This document shows, one piece after another, positions 15,473 to 24,611 of a stretch of 31,180 bases of DNA (position 1 is the stretch's first letter; every line of letters starts with the position of its first letter). The DNA comes from a virus (taxonomy: Duplodnaviria > Caudoviricetes). A model generated the notes under the pieces. The model did not search any database. It was not told the DNA's origin and saw nothing but the letters and a program-made list of their open reading frames with translations. The DNA lies in IMG/VR virus record IMGVR_UViG_3300017655_000250, positions 1 through 31,180 of that record; one strand, written 5' to 3'. Both the position numbers and the translations under genes were made by a program.

Positions 15473-17329
15473 TTACGCGCCCGCTTCGTAACCGAAGCAT
15501 CCGGCATTGAAGGCATGGACAAGGAGCATCCGCTCAACGTCAAGGTAGTGATCGTGACGGTTCCCGATGCGGGTCCATACAGCTTTCTCAGCTCCGGTCA
15601 CCTTGTCGCGCTTGATGATCTTCTGGTTGCTGCGCATCTGCGGCCAGTAGGAAGTGTAGCGCGGGCGCTCCGGGTCGGAGTTTGGGTCGATATATTTGCT
15701 GACCTCTGTGATTCCGGCAGGTACTCCCCACTCGATTCCTTTCCCGAAAATTCTCCGGTGGCAAACATCCTTGAAGTAGGGGTTCGACCAAAGGAAATGG
15801 TAGCAAAAATTATTCTTTGCCTGTTGCCGGGTGCCAATCCCGACATAGACCTTCTTGAAGCGTGAGACCGGCTTTTGAATGTATCCGTGCCCGGTTGGAT
15901 CTGGGTGCCCCCAACTCGATTCGTCGGAACCCAGAAAGCTAATCCATGCGTATTTCGCGCAAGCGGCGTAGACCTCCGCTGACTCGTGTCCGGAGTCAAT
16001 GGCGACGCGGGGGCCGCTCAAGCCGTACTCTGACGCCTTGATATGGATGTCCTCATAGCTTTCCAGTCGCCCGGCCCAGAGAAGCCGGGAGCGCCCGTCT
16101 TGCGCGAAGGCGCGAATCCCGCAAACGAAATGGATGCCGCCCTTTTCCTGCCGGTCGCAGGCCATGAAGCGATGCGCTTCGTCGGGCCATGGATCATCTA
16201 TCTCGTAATCGCTCTCTGGCTCGTGATCGTCGCCGTCGATCCTGATTTCCGTCTCTTCGTACGGTTGGGCAAGTCGCCGCTGGATGAAGTTCTTCAGCTT
16301 GGTGTAGTCGCCAAGCTGCATGGCTTCCATCGCTTCGATCCAGTCGATGACGATTTCCCGCCAAGGAATCCACGGCACGCAAAGCTGGTTCCAATTGACC
16401 GACGCTGTGTCGCGGGGCGCGATAGGGTTCGCCGGTGGAAGGTATTGCCCGCAATCATAAGTTTGCTCCCGGCGGTCTTCAGGCGTGTCGCGAAACACCT
16501 TGTCGCACTCCGGGTTCCCGCACTCGTAGCGGATGGTCTTCGCCATCGCATCGTAGTCCCATCGACCCCCGGGGCAGGTGGTTTCGTCCTTGTCCCATTT
16601 GAGCCGGAACTCCCCGGCGGCGTCCCGCCATTCGAACGGCTGAAGCTGGCCGCACGACGGGCACTTGAACCCAAAAACTTCCATCGTCCCCTTGCGATAG
16701 AGAACATCCATGTCGTCATTAACCTCGCCGCCCTGCGAGATATTAAGGACTTTGCACTTGTGTCGAAAGTCGTCGGTGCGGCTCTTGGCTTTGGAGATAT
16801 TCCCCTTCGGGGCTTTGTGCGGCTCGTCGTTGACGAGGTTGCAGATGCCTTTCGAGTCGAAGTTATTGGGGTTCCGAAGGCCCTGGATGATGATATAGTT
16901 CCCGTCGATAAACCGGATCATCGTATCCGTAACGTCGTGCCGGTTTGACGTGAACTTTCCGCAGACGGACGGGATCGACCGAAGCAGGGGAAGGAAGCGA
17001 GTTTTCGCGTGCTCCTTCGCGTCATCTTCGTTCCCGATGTTGAACATCATCGGGACGCTATTGGTGGCGATCTCCTTTGCGAAAAAGAGGTCGGCCCCAA
17101 GGGTTTTGCCGGTGCGAACGGCGGCAACGCACGTCACCTCGCGCACAAGCGGATCGTCAAGCGCCTCCCACTGACGCCTGAGCCACGGGGAGATTGAGAG
17201 ATCAAACGGCCCGTTGATGGCGTAGGCGGATGGGAGCTTTACCCCCTTTGCCCATTGCTCCAACGTGCGCCGGTCGCGTGGGGCGTAGCTGCTACGCCTG
17301 GCCTTTTCCAGTACGTGCATCTTCGCCAT
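15473..17329 (-). CDS. terL: Terminase large subunit, GpA family
   Basis: Walker A AAVRTGKT, Walker B LVNDE, CPSC/CGNPEC zinc motif, nuclease acidic motifs (ACDRQ, IDSG, HYLDVE). Confidence 0.92.
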   Translation of the reverse strand: MAKMHVLEKARRSSYAPRDRRTLEQWAKGVKLPSAYAINGPFDLSISPWLRRQWEALDDPLVREVTCVAAVRTGKTLGADLFFAKEIATNSVPMMFNIGNEDDAKEHAKTRFLPLLRSIPSVCGKFTSNRHDVTDTMIRFIDGNYIIIQGLRNPNNFDSKGICNLVNDEPHKAPKGNISKAKSRTDDFRHKCKVLNISQGGEVNDDMDVLYRKGTMEVFGFKCPSCGQLQPFEWRDAAGEFRLKWDKDETTCPGGRWDYDAMAKTIRYECGNPECDKVFRDTPEDRREQTYDCGQYLPPANPIAPRDTASVNWNQLCVPWIPWREIVIDWIEAMEAMQLGDYTKLKNFIQRRLAQPYEETEIRIDGDDHEPESDYEIDDPWPDEAHRFMACDRQEKGGIHFVCGIRAFAQDGRSRLLWAGRLESYEDIHIKASEYGLSGPRVAIDSGHESAEVYAACAKYAWISFLGSDESSWGHPDPTGHGYIQKPVSRFKKVYVGIGTRQQAKNNFCYHFLWSNPYFKDVCHRRIFGKGIEWGVPAGITEVSKYIDPNSDPERPRYTSYWPQMRSNQKIIKRDKVTGAEKAVWTRIGNRHDHYLDVERMLLVHAFNAGCFGYEAGA

Positions 17330-17834
17330 TGGGTTTGTGTACCTTGTCCAGCACCCGGTCGATTGCTTCGGTGATCAGAACCTTTCGTTGCGCGAAGGAC
17401 GCCCCTTCCATCTTGAGCAGAAGCGCGTCCCCGAAAGATTCCAGCAAGGCGCGGATGATGTCGGCATCGATCCGGGCGTTGATCTCGCGCACCTCTTCGA
17501 TACTGACCAGCTTCCCGTCATCAACGTCATTCACCCTGCGGAGCCGTCGCGTCTCTTCCTGGAGCTTCTGGATTTGCCATTCTTCTTTTCCCTGGACAGC
17601 GCCGGGATCGACCTTGTTTTTCTCCAACCAGGCCGAAAGCTCCGCGACGTAAATCCGCCCGTTACGAAAAGCGGGGCACCCGGCTTTCTTTGCCGCCTTC
17701 AAAAGCTCGACCGTACATTCGCCGCCGATGTGAGCAGCCGCAGCCTTCAAGGAATTGAAGGCCAGCTTCGAAGCATCGCGCGGTCGGCCCGGCGAACGCT
17801 TCATCGTCGCTGCTTTGGATTTCGTCGGCGGCAT
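17292..17834 (-). CDS. terS: Terminase small subunit (Nu1-like)
   Basis: N-terminal HTH-like region (KKAGCPAF...LSAWLE), coiled coil, GKLVSIEEV motif; overlaps the TerL start. Confidence 0.75.
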   Translation of the reverse strand: MPPTKSKAATMKRSPGRPRDASKLAFNSLKAAAAHIGGECTVELLKAAKKAGCPAFRNGRIYVAELSAWLEKNKVDPGAVQGKEEWQIQKLQEETRRLRRVNDVDDGKLVSIEEVREINARIDADIIRALLESFGDALLLKMEGASFAQRKVLITEAIDRVLDKVHKPNGEDARTGKGQA

Positions 17835-17835
17835 G

Positions 17836-17943
17836 GATTTAATTTGTGATTTAATTTTTCGCGGAAGGTCTCACGGAAAAAGCCCGGGGCGCTGGCTGGA
17901 CCTCCTGACTCCATGACCCCCTCAAATAGATTCCTTGAGGGGG
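17836..17943. other. Candidate cos/packaging region
   Basis: Mostly non-coding stretch directly upstream of TerS; GATTTAATTT twice; inverted repeat CCCCCTCAA-9 nt-TTGAGGGGG (17917-17943). Confidence 0.4.
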
Positions 17944-18563
17944 ACCCCCTCCTCATTTTTGAGAATTTTCAAGCTCGTCATTCCACTTTGTAGGCACGGT
18001 GACTCCTCTTCCAATTCCCGGTAAAGCTCCGCGATCGGCTTGATCTGATCCTTGATCGTTTCACGCTCCTGTGCGGTCCACTGCTCAAGCGGCTTGGTCT
18101 CACGCCACTTCGAAATGATCACCACAAGCTCATTGACCCGCTTCGATGCCCGGCTAACGTACTCAAGGCGCGGTCGACTTCCCGCCCGTTCTTCGGGGTC
18201 TGGCAACGCTCCCATGCCACGGTAGATGTCAGTCAATACCCGAATGCCTTCGGGAAGTCGGATGATCGGCTCAGGGAGGGCTTTAGCAACCCTCATGAAG
18301 TTGCAGGCGGTCGAGTAATCAAACTCAAAGGTAGAATTCGTTCTACCTTTGCCCTTGTACGTCTTAAACCGGAGCTTCCACTCCCCGTGTCTGCATTTTG
18401 CTTTTGCACCTTGAAGCAAGATGCCGGTTTCTCGGGCCTTGTTGATCTGCTCAATCAATCCGCTTGCGTTGCGCTTGCCAAGCTTCAAGAACTCGCCATA
18501 GCACGCGTTGATTCGGTCAACTTCGGGCGACGGCTCGGCAATTTCAAGTTTGGTTTCCTTCAT
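17922..18563 (-). CDS. DUF3102-like domain protein (213 aa)
   Basis: Start moved to ATG 18563 (ATGA overlap); GILLQGAKAKCRHGEW...STACNFMRVA matches the DUF3102 pattern. Confidence 0.7.
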   Translation of the reverse strand: MKETKLEIAEPSPEVDRINACYGEFLKLGKRNASGLIEQINKARETGILLQGAKAKCRHGEWKLRFKTYKGKGRTNSTFEFDYSTACNFMRVAKALPEPIIRLPEGIRVLTDIYRGMGALPDPEERAGSRPRLEYVSRASKRVNELVVIISKWRETKPLEQWTAQERETIKDQIKPIAELYRELEEESPCLQSGMTSLKILKNEEGVPLKESI

Positions 18564-18937
18564 GATCTTTTCAGGCTGTACGCTTTCCGAGCATCGGTAG
18601 ATTTTTGGGACGGAAGCGGCTTGATGTTGTTGGCCCGTTGAAAGATGATTCGTCCCTTGCTGATGCAAGCGCGAGATGCGACTCCGCAAATTGAGGCGAT
18701 TTCCGAATCAGACTTCCCGACTGCAACAGAGAGGCCAAGGGCGCTTGCAATTTGCCATGTGGCAACCATTGGCCGAGGTGACTGCACAACAGTTAAAGCC
18801 CAGTTATTCATAATACGAAGAGAATCACGGCAAGCATCAATATATCCCCTTCGATATGCCGCATTTTCATCTTCGGATTCTGGGCCATCTATTGATAGCG
18901 CAAAGTCTTCAACATAACTGCCAGGAGGTTTCTGCAT
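18560..18937 (-). CDS. HTH DNA-binding protein, candidate late-gene activator
   Basis: SDSEIASICGVASRACISK helix-turn-helix; start uncertain (ATG 18937 chosen because the longer ORF runs through the repeat-rich ori-like region). Confidence 0.55.
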   Translation of the reverse strand: MQKPPGSYVEDFALSIDGPESEDENAAYRRGYIDACRDSLRIMNNWALTVVQSPRPMVATWQIASALGLSVAVGKSDSEIASICGVASRACISKGRIIFQRANNIKPLPSQKSTDARKAYSLKRS

Positions 18938-19075
18938 GCAGCGACTTAAACTACACCCATCTCCTCCTGTCAACTGGTCGAGACCGAAATCTGCGAATTC
19001 CACGTAGTTTTTCAGAATCAAGGAATCTTCACGTTTGCTTGAAAATCTGAGTTCCGCAGGCCCCGTTCCGATTCC

Positions 19076-19186
19076 CATTCTCACGCCCCCTAAAGGGATG
19101 GCGTGTGAGAATGATAATCGAACCGGGATACGGCGGCGATTCTCAATTGTCATTGTCATAGATTTTTTGAGAATGAGAATGAGAAT
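19076..19186. repeat. Candidate replication origin: GAGAAT iterons and inverted repeats
   Basis: CATTCTCAC(19076-84)/GTGAGAATG(19105-13) around CCCTAAAGGG; ATTCTCAA(19139-46)/TTGAGAAT(19167-74); GAGAAT three times at 19169-19186; directly downstream of the primase-helicase. Confidence 0.55.
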
Positions 19187-19212
19187 CGGCACTTTTAAGG
19201 CGGCGTTTCCTG

Positions 19213-21327
19213 TCATTTGACCTTCCGGTAAAGGGCGGTATTCCCATCACCTTCCTTGCTGATAAATCCGTCTTTTGTGGCTTGCTTTAAAGTTCTATAC
19301 GCCGTTGACTGACTGCACTTATAGTGCTCTTGAACCAATGGTATAAGATCAACGCCATATATCTTATCATCAAACAAACGAATGATTTCAGCGGGTTCTT
19401 GCTTCGTCTTTTTGCTCTTTCTGGCATTTCCTACGGCTTCCTGAAACTCCTGGGGATCGTAATCCTCATCAACCTTATAAATCCATTCGTCTTCATCGAA
19501 GTAAACACCGATGTCTGGGAACGGCGCACCGTTGTTGTTCTTGCCGCACGTGATGAGCAGCTTCGTGTTGTCGTCGGGATCGCGTGGAGCAATATTGATC
19601 TGCGAACGGGTCCACGCTTGGAGAATCTTTGAGTTGCGCCCGTAGCTGGCTTTATCCCAGCCAGTTGCCTTTTGCGCTCCTGCTTTACCAGTAAGGGAGT
19701 GATGAACCACGATCGGGACGCGCTTTGCCTTTCCGCGCTTGGTGGCCTTTGTGATGAGCGAGCAAACCTCGCGCATGTCAGTATCTTCGTTGAGGTTGCC
19801 GGTTGTGAACGTGTTGAGCGGATCGAACACGACGAAATCCGGGTTGAAATCGGTGATCAGAAGTTGCACTTGCGCAAATTCATCCGGGTTATTCAAAGCC
19901 AGGAAACAATCATGATCATGCTCGATAGTGTGGAAGATCATGTGATCGTTGAGAACATCAACTTCTCTGTCGGTAATGCCCAGACCTTTGATGATGCCCT
20001 TCAAATCGTGCTGTAGGCGGCGCGTGCTGTTTTCTGTTTGGATAAAGAGCCAATGCTTGTGCATCGCGTGCGTCTGGATTCCCAGGAACGGCTTTCCGAG
20101 AATCATGCAAATGGCCATCTGCATAACCAGCCGCGACTTACCGACACCGCCCGGGCCGAGGATTGTTGCCGGTTGGCCTTCCGCAAGCACGCGGTCGCCA
20201 AAGAAATTGTCGTCATCGTTGAATGTAGACGCCATGATGTTTTTAAGCTCCTGATTTGATAAGCTGCTGTTCGTTTTGGTTTTCGCCGCTTCGATGGGAG
20301 CCACGAAATCCCCAATGTCTGGCGCTTCTCGCCACCAATCATTGTAATCTTTGACATGTTCCGGAGGCATCGCCAACTTGAGCGTTAGCCCGGTTTCCTC
20401 GCAAAGCTCCCGCAATCCCTTTTCGAGCGTGTCATGCCCCGTAGGCTTACCGTCCTTGCGGGGCGGATCATTTTGCCCGACAAGAATCACGTCGCCCGGT
20501 GCGTTCGATTTCGCGCGTTCTTCGAGGACGGCCTTCAAGCGTTTGTAATTGCTGGCCGATCGGGTTACCGCCAGGCAAACCACGTTATTTCCGTTCGTGT
20601 GATGGAAGCCCAGGCCCTCCATGAAAGCGAACGCATCCCATGGGCTTTCCATCGCAAGCAAAACCTGCGCATCCGGCTTGCCGATGATCAACGGCATTGC
20701 CGGTGTCTTCTCGCCGGGAGTGGCGTTGACGTATCGGTCGCCATCGGTTGTGCGGTACTGGCAACCGATCACGACGCCGTCTTTAATGACGGGAGTAGCA
20801 GGGTAAATGTCGTGCATCCCGATCAACTCTTGGGATTTGAGCCATTCAACGAACTTTGTTGAAAAGCCACGCCAACCAGCAAGCCCTTCGATCTTTTCAG
20901 GGGTCAGCGCGGCGACGCATTTCTTCCAGTCGAACGGCGCAAGTTCAGGTTCGTATTTACGCAGGGGCGATTCTGGCTTTGGGGGAATTGATATGGGGGA
21001 TCGTCTTTTTTGGGCAAGGGGCCGATCCCCGGAAGGCGCTTCAACGCCCGCCATGCGGAAATAGATGTCCTGGGCCTCTTGCGACGAACATCCTTTATCC
21101 ATTGCAATGAAGTCGATTTCGTCACCGCTTTCGTCCGTGGTGAAATCCTTAAACTTCATTATGCCTTTGTCGTCATAGTAAATACCCCATGACGGCGTTT
21201 TCTCGTCACGGAACGGGCTTTTGCACGATCTTTGGATGTAGTCGCCGTACCCAAGCTCCCGCATGACTCGATCAAGGGTAAAACCCCGGTTTCTAGCTTC
21301 TGTCAGTTTAGAAAGGAAATCACTCAT
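19213..21327 (-). CDS. Primase-helicase (degenerate CHC2-like N-terminus, TOPRIM-like domain, AAA_25/RepA-type helicase, C-terminal HTH)
   Basis: SPFRDEKTPS...GDEIDF; ESPWDAFA, GQND, KDYNDW; Walker A GPGGVGKS, Walker B VVFDP, VVHH. Confidence 0.85.
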   Translation of the reverse strand: MSDFLSKLTEARNRGFTLDRVMRELGYGDYIQRSCKSPFRDEKTPSWGIYYDDKGIMKFKDFTTDESGDEIDFIAMDKGCSSQEAQDIYFRMAGVEAPSGDRPLAQKRRSPISIPPKPESPLRKYEPELAPFDWKKCVAALTPEKIEGLAGWRGFSTKFVEWLKSQELIGMHDIYPATPVIKDGVVIGCQYRTTDGDRYVNATPGEKTPAMPLIIGKPDAQVLLAMESPWDAFAFMEGLGFHHTNGNNVVCLAVTRSASNYKRLKAVLEERAKSNAPGDVILVGQNDPPRKDGKPTGHDTLEKGLRELCEETGLTLKLAMPPEHVKDYNDWWREAPDIGDFVAPIEAAKTKTNSSLSNQELKNIMASTFNDDDNFFGDRVLAEGQPATILGPGGVGKSRLVMQMAICMILGKPFLGIQTHAMHKHWLFIQTENSTRRLQHDLKGIIKGLGITDREVDVLNDHMIFHTIEHDHDCFLALNNPDEFAQVQLLITDFNPDFVVFDPLNTFTTGNLNEDTDMREVCSLITKATKRGKAKRVPIVVHHSLTGKAGAQKATGWDKASYGRNSKILQAWTRSQINIAPRDPDDNTKLLITCGKNNNGAPFPDIGVYFDEDEWIYKVDEDYDPQEFQEAVGNARKSKKTKQEPAEIIRLFDDKIYGVDLIPLVQEHYKCSQSTAYRTLKQATKDGFISKEGDGNTALYRKVK

Positions 21328-21333
21328 GCGCGC

Positions 21334-21612
21334 TCAAACTTCAAAGATTGTAGAGATCAGTTCATCATCTCCCTGTGTAGTGCTTTCAAGCCTCTCTACT
21401 GCCACTTGGTAAGGCATGTTGAATCCCCTCCATATCCCGCTCGGAACGTGCATTATCACAGATTCAGACTTAAAGAGCTTGCCCTCGGACACGAGAAAAT
21501 CCCTGATAAATTTGAACTCACACTTTCCTTTTAAGATCGAAGTCCACAACTTCTTTCTCCGCTTAGTCGGCATGGCCGCGTATACTTTTCTTGCGTGAGA
21601 TGATGTATTCAT
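21334..21612 (-). CDS. Hypothetical protein
   Basis: 92-aa ORF, ATGA-coupled to the Pif1-like gene, AT-richer. Confidence 0.5.
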   Translation of the reverse strand: MNTSSHARKVYAAMPTKRRKKLWTSILKGKCEFKFIRDFLVSEGKLFKSESVIMHVPSGIWRGFNMPYQVAVERLESTTQGDDELISTIFEV

Positions 21613-22850
21613 AGATTGGAACGGTAAAACTCAATGGCGCTTGGGTGCGCCTTGATAGAGTCTCTGCTTCCGTCCGCAATGAACAAGCCTTCGGTAGTCC
21701 TGGCACGGCTTAACGCGACGTACGCTTGCCCGAACTCAAAGCATTTCCCTAAGTGGACCTGAATCTTGTCGAGCGTCATGCCCTGGCTCTTGTGCGCCGT
21801 GATCGCCCAGGCGAGGCGTAGCGGGATCTGTGAGCGCGTCGCAATGACGTCTTTGCCCTCTTTGATCTGCCACTTGTGCAACCCGACGCTGTACGTCTCG
21901 CCGTTGTTGAAAAACACCTTGACCAGCGGCCCGTTGATCCCGTCGTTGAACTCAACCACGGTGCCGACGCTCCCATTCGCAAGGCCCGCCTCTGTGTTGA
22001 TGTTGGTCAAGAGCATGACTTGAGCGCCAGCTTTCAAGCGCAACACTTTCGGCGCGAGACAGTTCTTGTCTAGCATGTTCACCGCGCTAGGCTCGCCGTA
22101 GTCGTCGGCGAAGAAAGTTCGCTCTTCGCCCTCCACCGTGGCAAGGCGGCGTTCGTTGATGGCATCAACGTTGAGGTTGTGCGTATGGACAACGACCGGT
22201 TCAAGGTTCGGGTTCTCATCTTTCGCAAGGTAGCGTTCGTTCAGGAGCGCCGACACGTCGGGCGCGACATCACCGAAACGAATCTTATTCAGGATCGACG
22301 AAAACCGGGCATCGGCCTGGCGAAACACCTTCGAAAGAATGTGCGTTTTGAACTTCGCCTGTTGCCACGAATCGGTTTCAAACGGGAACACGCCCCGTTT
22401 AATCAGGTCTTCCGCGCCCTTCTGGACTGGTGGCAACTGCAAGAAATCCCCGAAGAGAATGATCTGCATCCCGCCAAAGGGAAAAGTATCCCGGCGCACC
22501 ATTCGAAAAACGTGGTCGATCTTCTCGAAAAGCTCGGCGCTGATCATCGACACTTCATCAATCGCTAGTATCTTCGTCTTTCGGATGCGGTCAAAAGGAT
22601 CGGACCGCATGTTCGTAACGAGGTCTTTTACGGAATCTTTCGCGAGCCCGAGCCCGGCCCATGAATGAATCGTGCGACCGCCGACGTTCACGGCGGCGAT
22701 GCCGGTTGACGCGGTGACCGGGATTTCGAGTTCATCCCTGACGACCCGCAAGAGAGTTGACTTGCCGGTTCCCGCCGATCCTGTGACGAGGATGTTTTTC
22801 CCGGCTTTGATGTCGTCGATGACGCTGGTTTGTTCTTCTGAAAGGTTCAT
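21609..22850 (-). CDS. Pif1-like SF1B DNA helicase (413 aa)
   Basis: Start moved to ATG 22850; TGSAGTGKS, ASTGIAA..GGRTIHSW, IDEVSM, FGGMQIILFGDFLQLPPV, AWAITAHKSQGMTLD, GQAYVALSR. Confidence 0.92.
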   Translation of the reverse strand: MNLSEEQTSVIDDIKAGKNILVTGSAGTGKSTLLRVVRDELEIPVTASTGIAAVNVGGRTIHSWAGLGLAKDSVKDLVTNMRSDPFDRIRKTKILAIDEVSMISAELFEKIDHVFRMVRRDTFPFGGMQIILFGDFLQLPPVQKGAEDLIKRGVFPFETDSWQQAKFKTHILSKVFRQADARFSSILNKIRFGDVAPDVSALLNERYLAKDENPNLEPVVVHTHNLNVDAINERRLATVEGEERTFFADDYGEPSAVNMLDKNCLAPKVLRLKAGAQVMLLTNINTEAGLANGSVGTVVEFNDGINGPLVKVFFNNGETYSVGLHKWQIKEGKDVIATRSQIPLRLAWAITAHKSQGMTLDKIQVHLGKCFEFGQAYVALSRARTTEGLFIADGSRDSIKAHPSAIEFYRSNL

Positions 22851-22851
22851 G

Positions 22852-23130
22852 CTATGCTTTCGACTTCTTCGTTTGGTTCCTTCCGCGCTTGAGCGCGTTC
22901 TCAAACAGGATAGCTTTACTTCTCGACCAAAGCCGGTTGCCCGCTTCGAGGTCGGAAATATGCTTTGGTCGAACACTCATGCGCCGCGCTACTTCGCGAA
23001 TACTCAAACCAGCCTTCTCCCGAATGGTCTTCGCGTGCTTCGAGGTTTCAGCGTGGTCGATAACGACAACCATCATTGTTCTGTATTTGATAAGGCCGTG
23101 CGTTGCCTTCGGTTCATGAAGATCGCTCAT
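22852..23130 (-). CDS. XRE/Cro-family HTH protein
   Basis: IREKAGLSIREVARRMSVRPKHISDLEAGNR. Confidence 0.8.
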   Translation of the reverse strand: MSDLHEPKATHGLIKYRTMMVVVIDHAETSKHAKTIREKAGLSIREVARRMSVRPKHISDLEAGNRLWSRSKAILFENALKRGRNQTKKSKA

Positions 23131-24236
23131 AGAATTTCGTACCCAAGTTTTTTATATAGCCTTAGACGGCTCTTGTATTGCGAATGCAACATCGAGTGTT
23201 GCCGGTCCTCGAAATCGTGAATGATCCCGTGTTCCTTCCCGGCAAAGGTCCGAAGCACGCGCCCGGTCCGCTGCTCAACCTTTGTCGTCGACCTGCCGGC
23301 GCAAGCGAGAATCAACGTAGAGGCGCGGGGAACGTCTAACCCTTCGTCGGCAAGGGAAGTCGCGATCATGCAGCGAAGGGAGCCGTCCCGGAACGCAGCA
23401 ATGGCTTCCCGGCGGCGCTTCGCGCCCATCTTGGAATGACAGACAACCGCGCCTTTGATCTCTTCCGCGAGCATCCCGCCGTGGTCGACCGTGCCGACAA
23501 GCACAAGGGCCGCGTCGCCCTGGCCGGCGAGCGAGATCACCCGCCGGTTACGAACGTAGTTGCGAACGATCCCGTGCGTCTGACAGAGTTGCCACTTGAT
23601 GCGCTGGCGCTGTTCGGCTTCGTCCAGGTAGCGAAACCGCTTCATGCGCTCCTCTAGCAACCGAGGAACCGCCTCGTCGATGATTTCCGCGATGCCGGGG
23701 TCTGTATCGCTATGGAAATGCACCCGCGCTTTTGTCAGGTGGCCGCCGTCGACGATCCGCGCCCGGTCAATCTCGAACATCTGGTGTTCAAAGAGCGCCA
23801 TCAACGCGAGGTTCTTCTCTGGATCGCTCCCGAACGGCGTAGCCGACAATCCCCACCGTGCCCGTGGCGAGGTTGCCACCAGCGCGCCAAGCGTCGGCGC
23901 TCCCGCGTGGTGGCACTCGTCGACAACGACAAGGTCTTCGTCGGTCAGGTCCGGCATGGATTGCCAGCACGCTACGCGAACCCGGCAAAGCTGGTTGATT
24001 GCCGGGAACAGGGCGAGGGCTTCCTCTGCTTGCTCGACCTGTTCCCGCGTGTTCGCAAGCCATGTGATCCGCGCCTTACGCTGGCGCTGGTGGCCTCGCG
24101 CAACTCGATCAATACCAGAAGCCGCAATGAAGGTCTTCCCGCCCCCCGCCGGGCATTTGAGGATGCCGCGAAAGGTTTGCGAAAGCCAATCAATCCCCTC
24201 GTTTTGGTAGTCTCTTGCTGTTTTTTCCACGTTCAA
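23127..24236 (-). CDS. SF2 DExH helicase (SSL2/ResIII-like)
   Basis: RDYQ (Q motif), PAGGGKT, VVDECHH, LSATP, EGLDVP, QRTGRVLR; TTG start uncertain. Confidence 0.9.
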   Translation of the reverse strand: MNVEKTARDYQNEGIDWLSQTFRGILKCPAGGGKTFIAASGIDRVARGHQRQRKARITWLANTREQVEQAEEALALFPAINQLCRVRVACWQSMPDLTDEDLVVVDECHHAGAPTLGALVATSPRARWGLSATPFGSDPEKNLALMALFEHQMFEIDRARIVDGGHLTKARVHFHSDTDPGIAEIIDEAVPRLLEERMKRFRYLDEAEQRQRIKWQLCQTHGIVRNYVRNRRVISLAGQGDAALVLVGTVDHGGMLAEEIKGAVVCHSKMGAKRRREAIAAFRDGSLRCMIATSLADEGLDVPRASTLILACAGRSTTKVEQRTGRVLRTFAGKEHGIIHDFEDRQHSMLHSQYKSRLRLYKKLGYEIL

Positions 24237-24408
24237 AAAGCCAGTTGTTGTTTTTGGGTAGATTGTTCAAGATGCCGCGTTGATCTAGCCATCGGTTACA
24301 GGCGGCCAGGACATCGCCGTATTCATCACGGCGCTGTTTTGCTATGCCGACCTTGAATTGATGCAAGCGGGTAACTGGCGGCGCTTTAGGTGCGTCGTCT
24401 TCACTCAC
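24190..24408 (-). CDS. Hypothetical protein
   Basis: GTG start at 24408 in a GTGA overlap with the upstream stop; 72 aa. Confidence 0.45.
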   Translation of the reverse strand: MSEDDAPKAPPVTRLHQFKVGIAKQRRDEYGDVLAACNRWLDQRGILNNLPKNNNWLFERGKNSKRLPKRGD

Positions 24409-24611
24409 GTTGACTTCTTCCCCCACGTTATGCCGATATGCTCTTCGTGGACGGTGATCAGCCGATAGCCAACATATTCACCCGAGCGAACGCCCTTTCG
24501 AAGAGCCTCGACAAGGCCCTTCATTGTGCGATGGCGAGAGCAGAAGTCCGTCCATACGGAATGGGTTAGACTCGGTTCGAAAATCAGAACTTGTGCTTTA
24601 GCTCCCCTCAC
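24405..24611 (-). CDS. Hypothetical protein
   Basis: GTG start at 24611 in a GTGA overlap; 68 aa. Confidence 0.5.
   Translation of the reverse strand: MRGAKAQVLIFEPSLTHSVWTDFCSRHRTMKGLVEALRKGVRSGEYVGYRLITVHEEHIGITWGKKST

Noticed and set aside
18938-19216. N-terminal extension of the 218-aa ORF
   Set aside because: Runs through the iteron region (ILILIL from GAGAAT repeats), so probably non-coding, although its ATGA overlap with the primase stop means it cannot be fully excluded.
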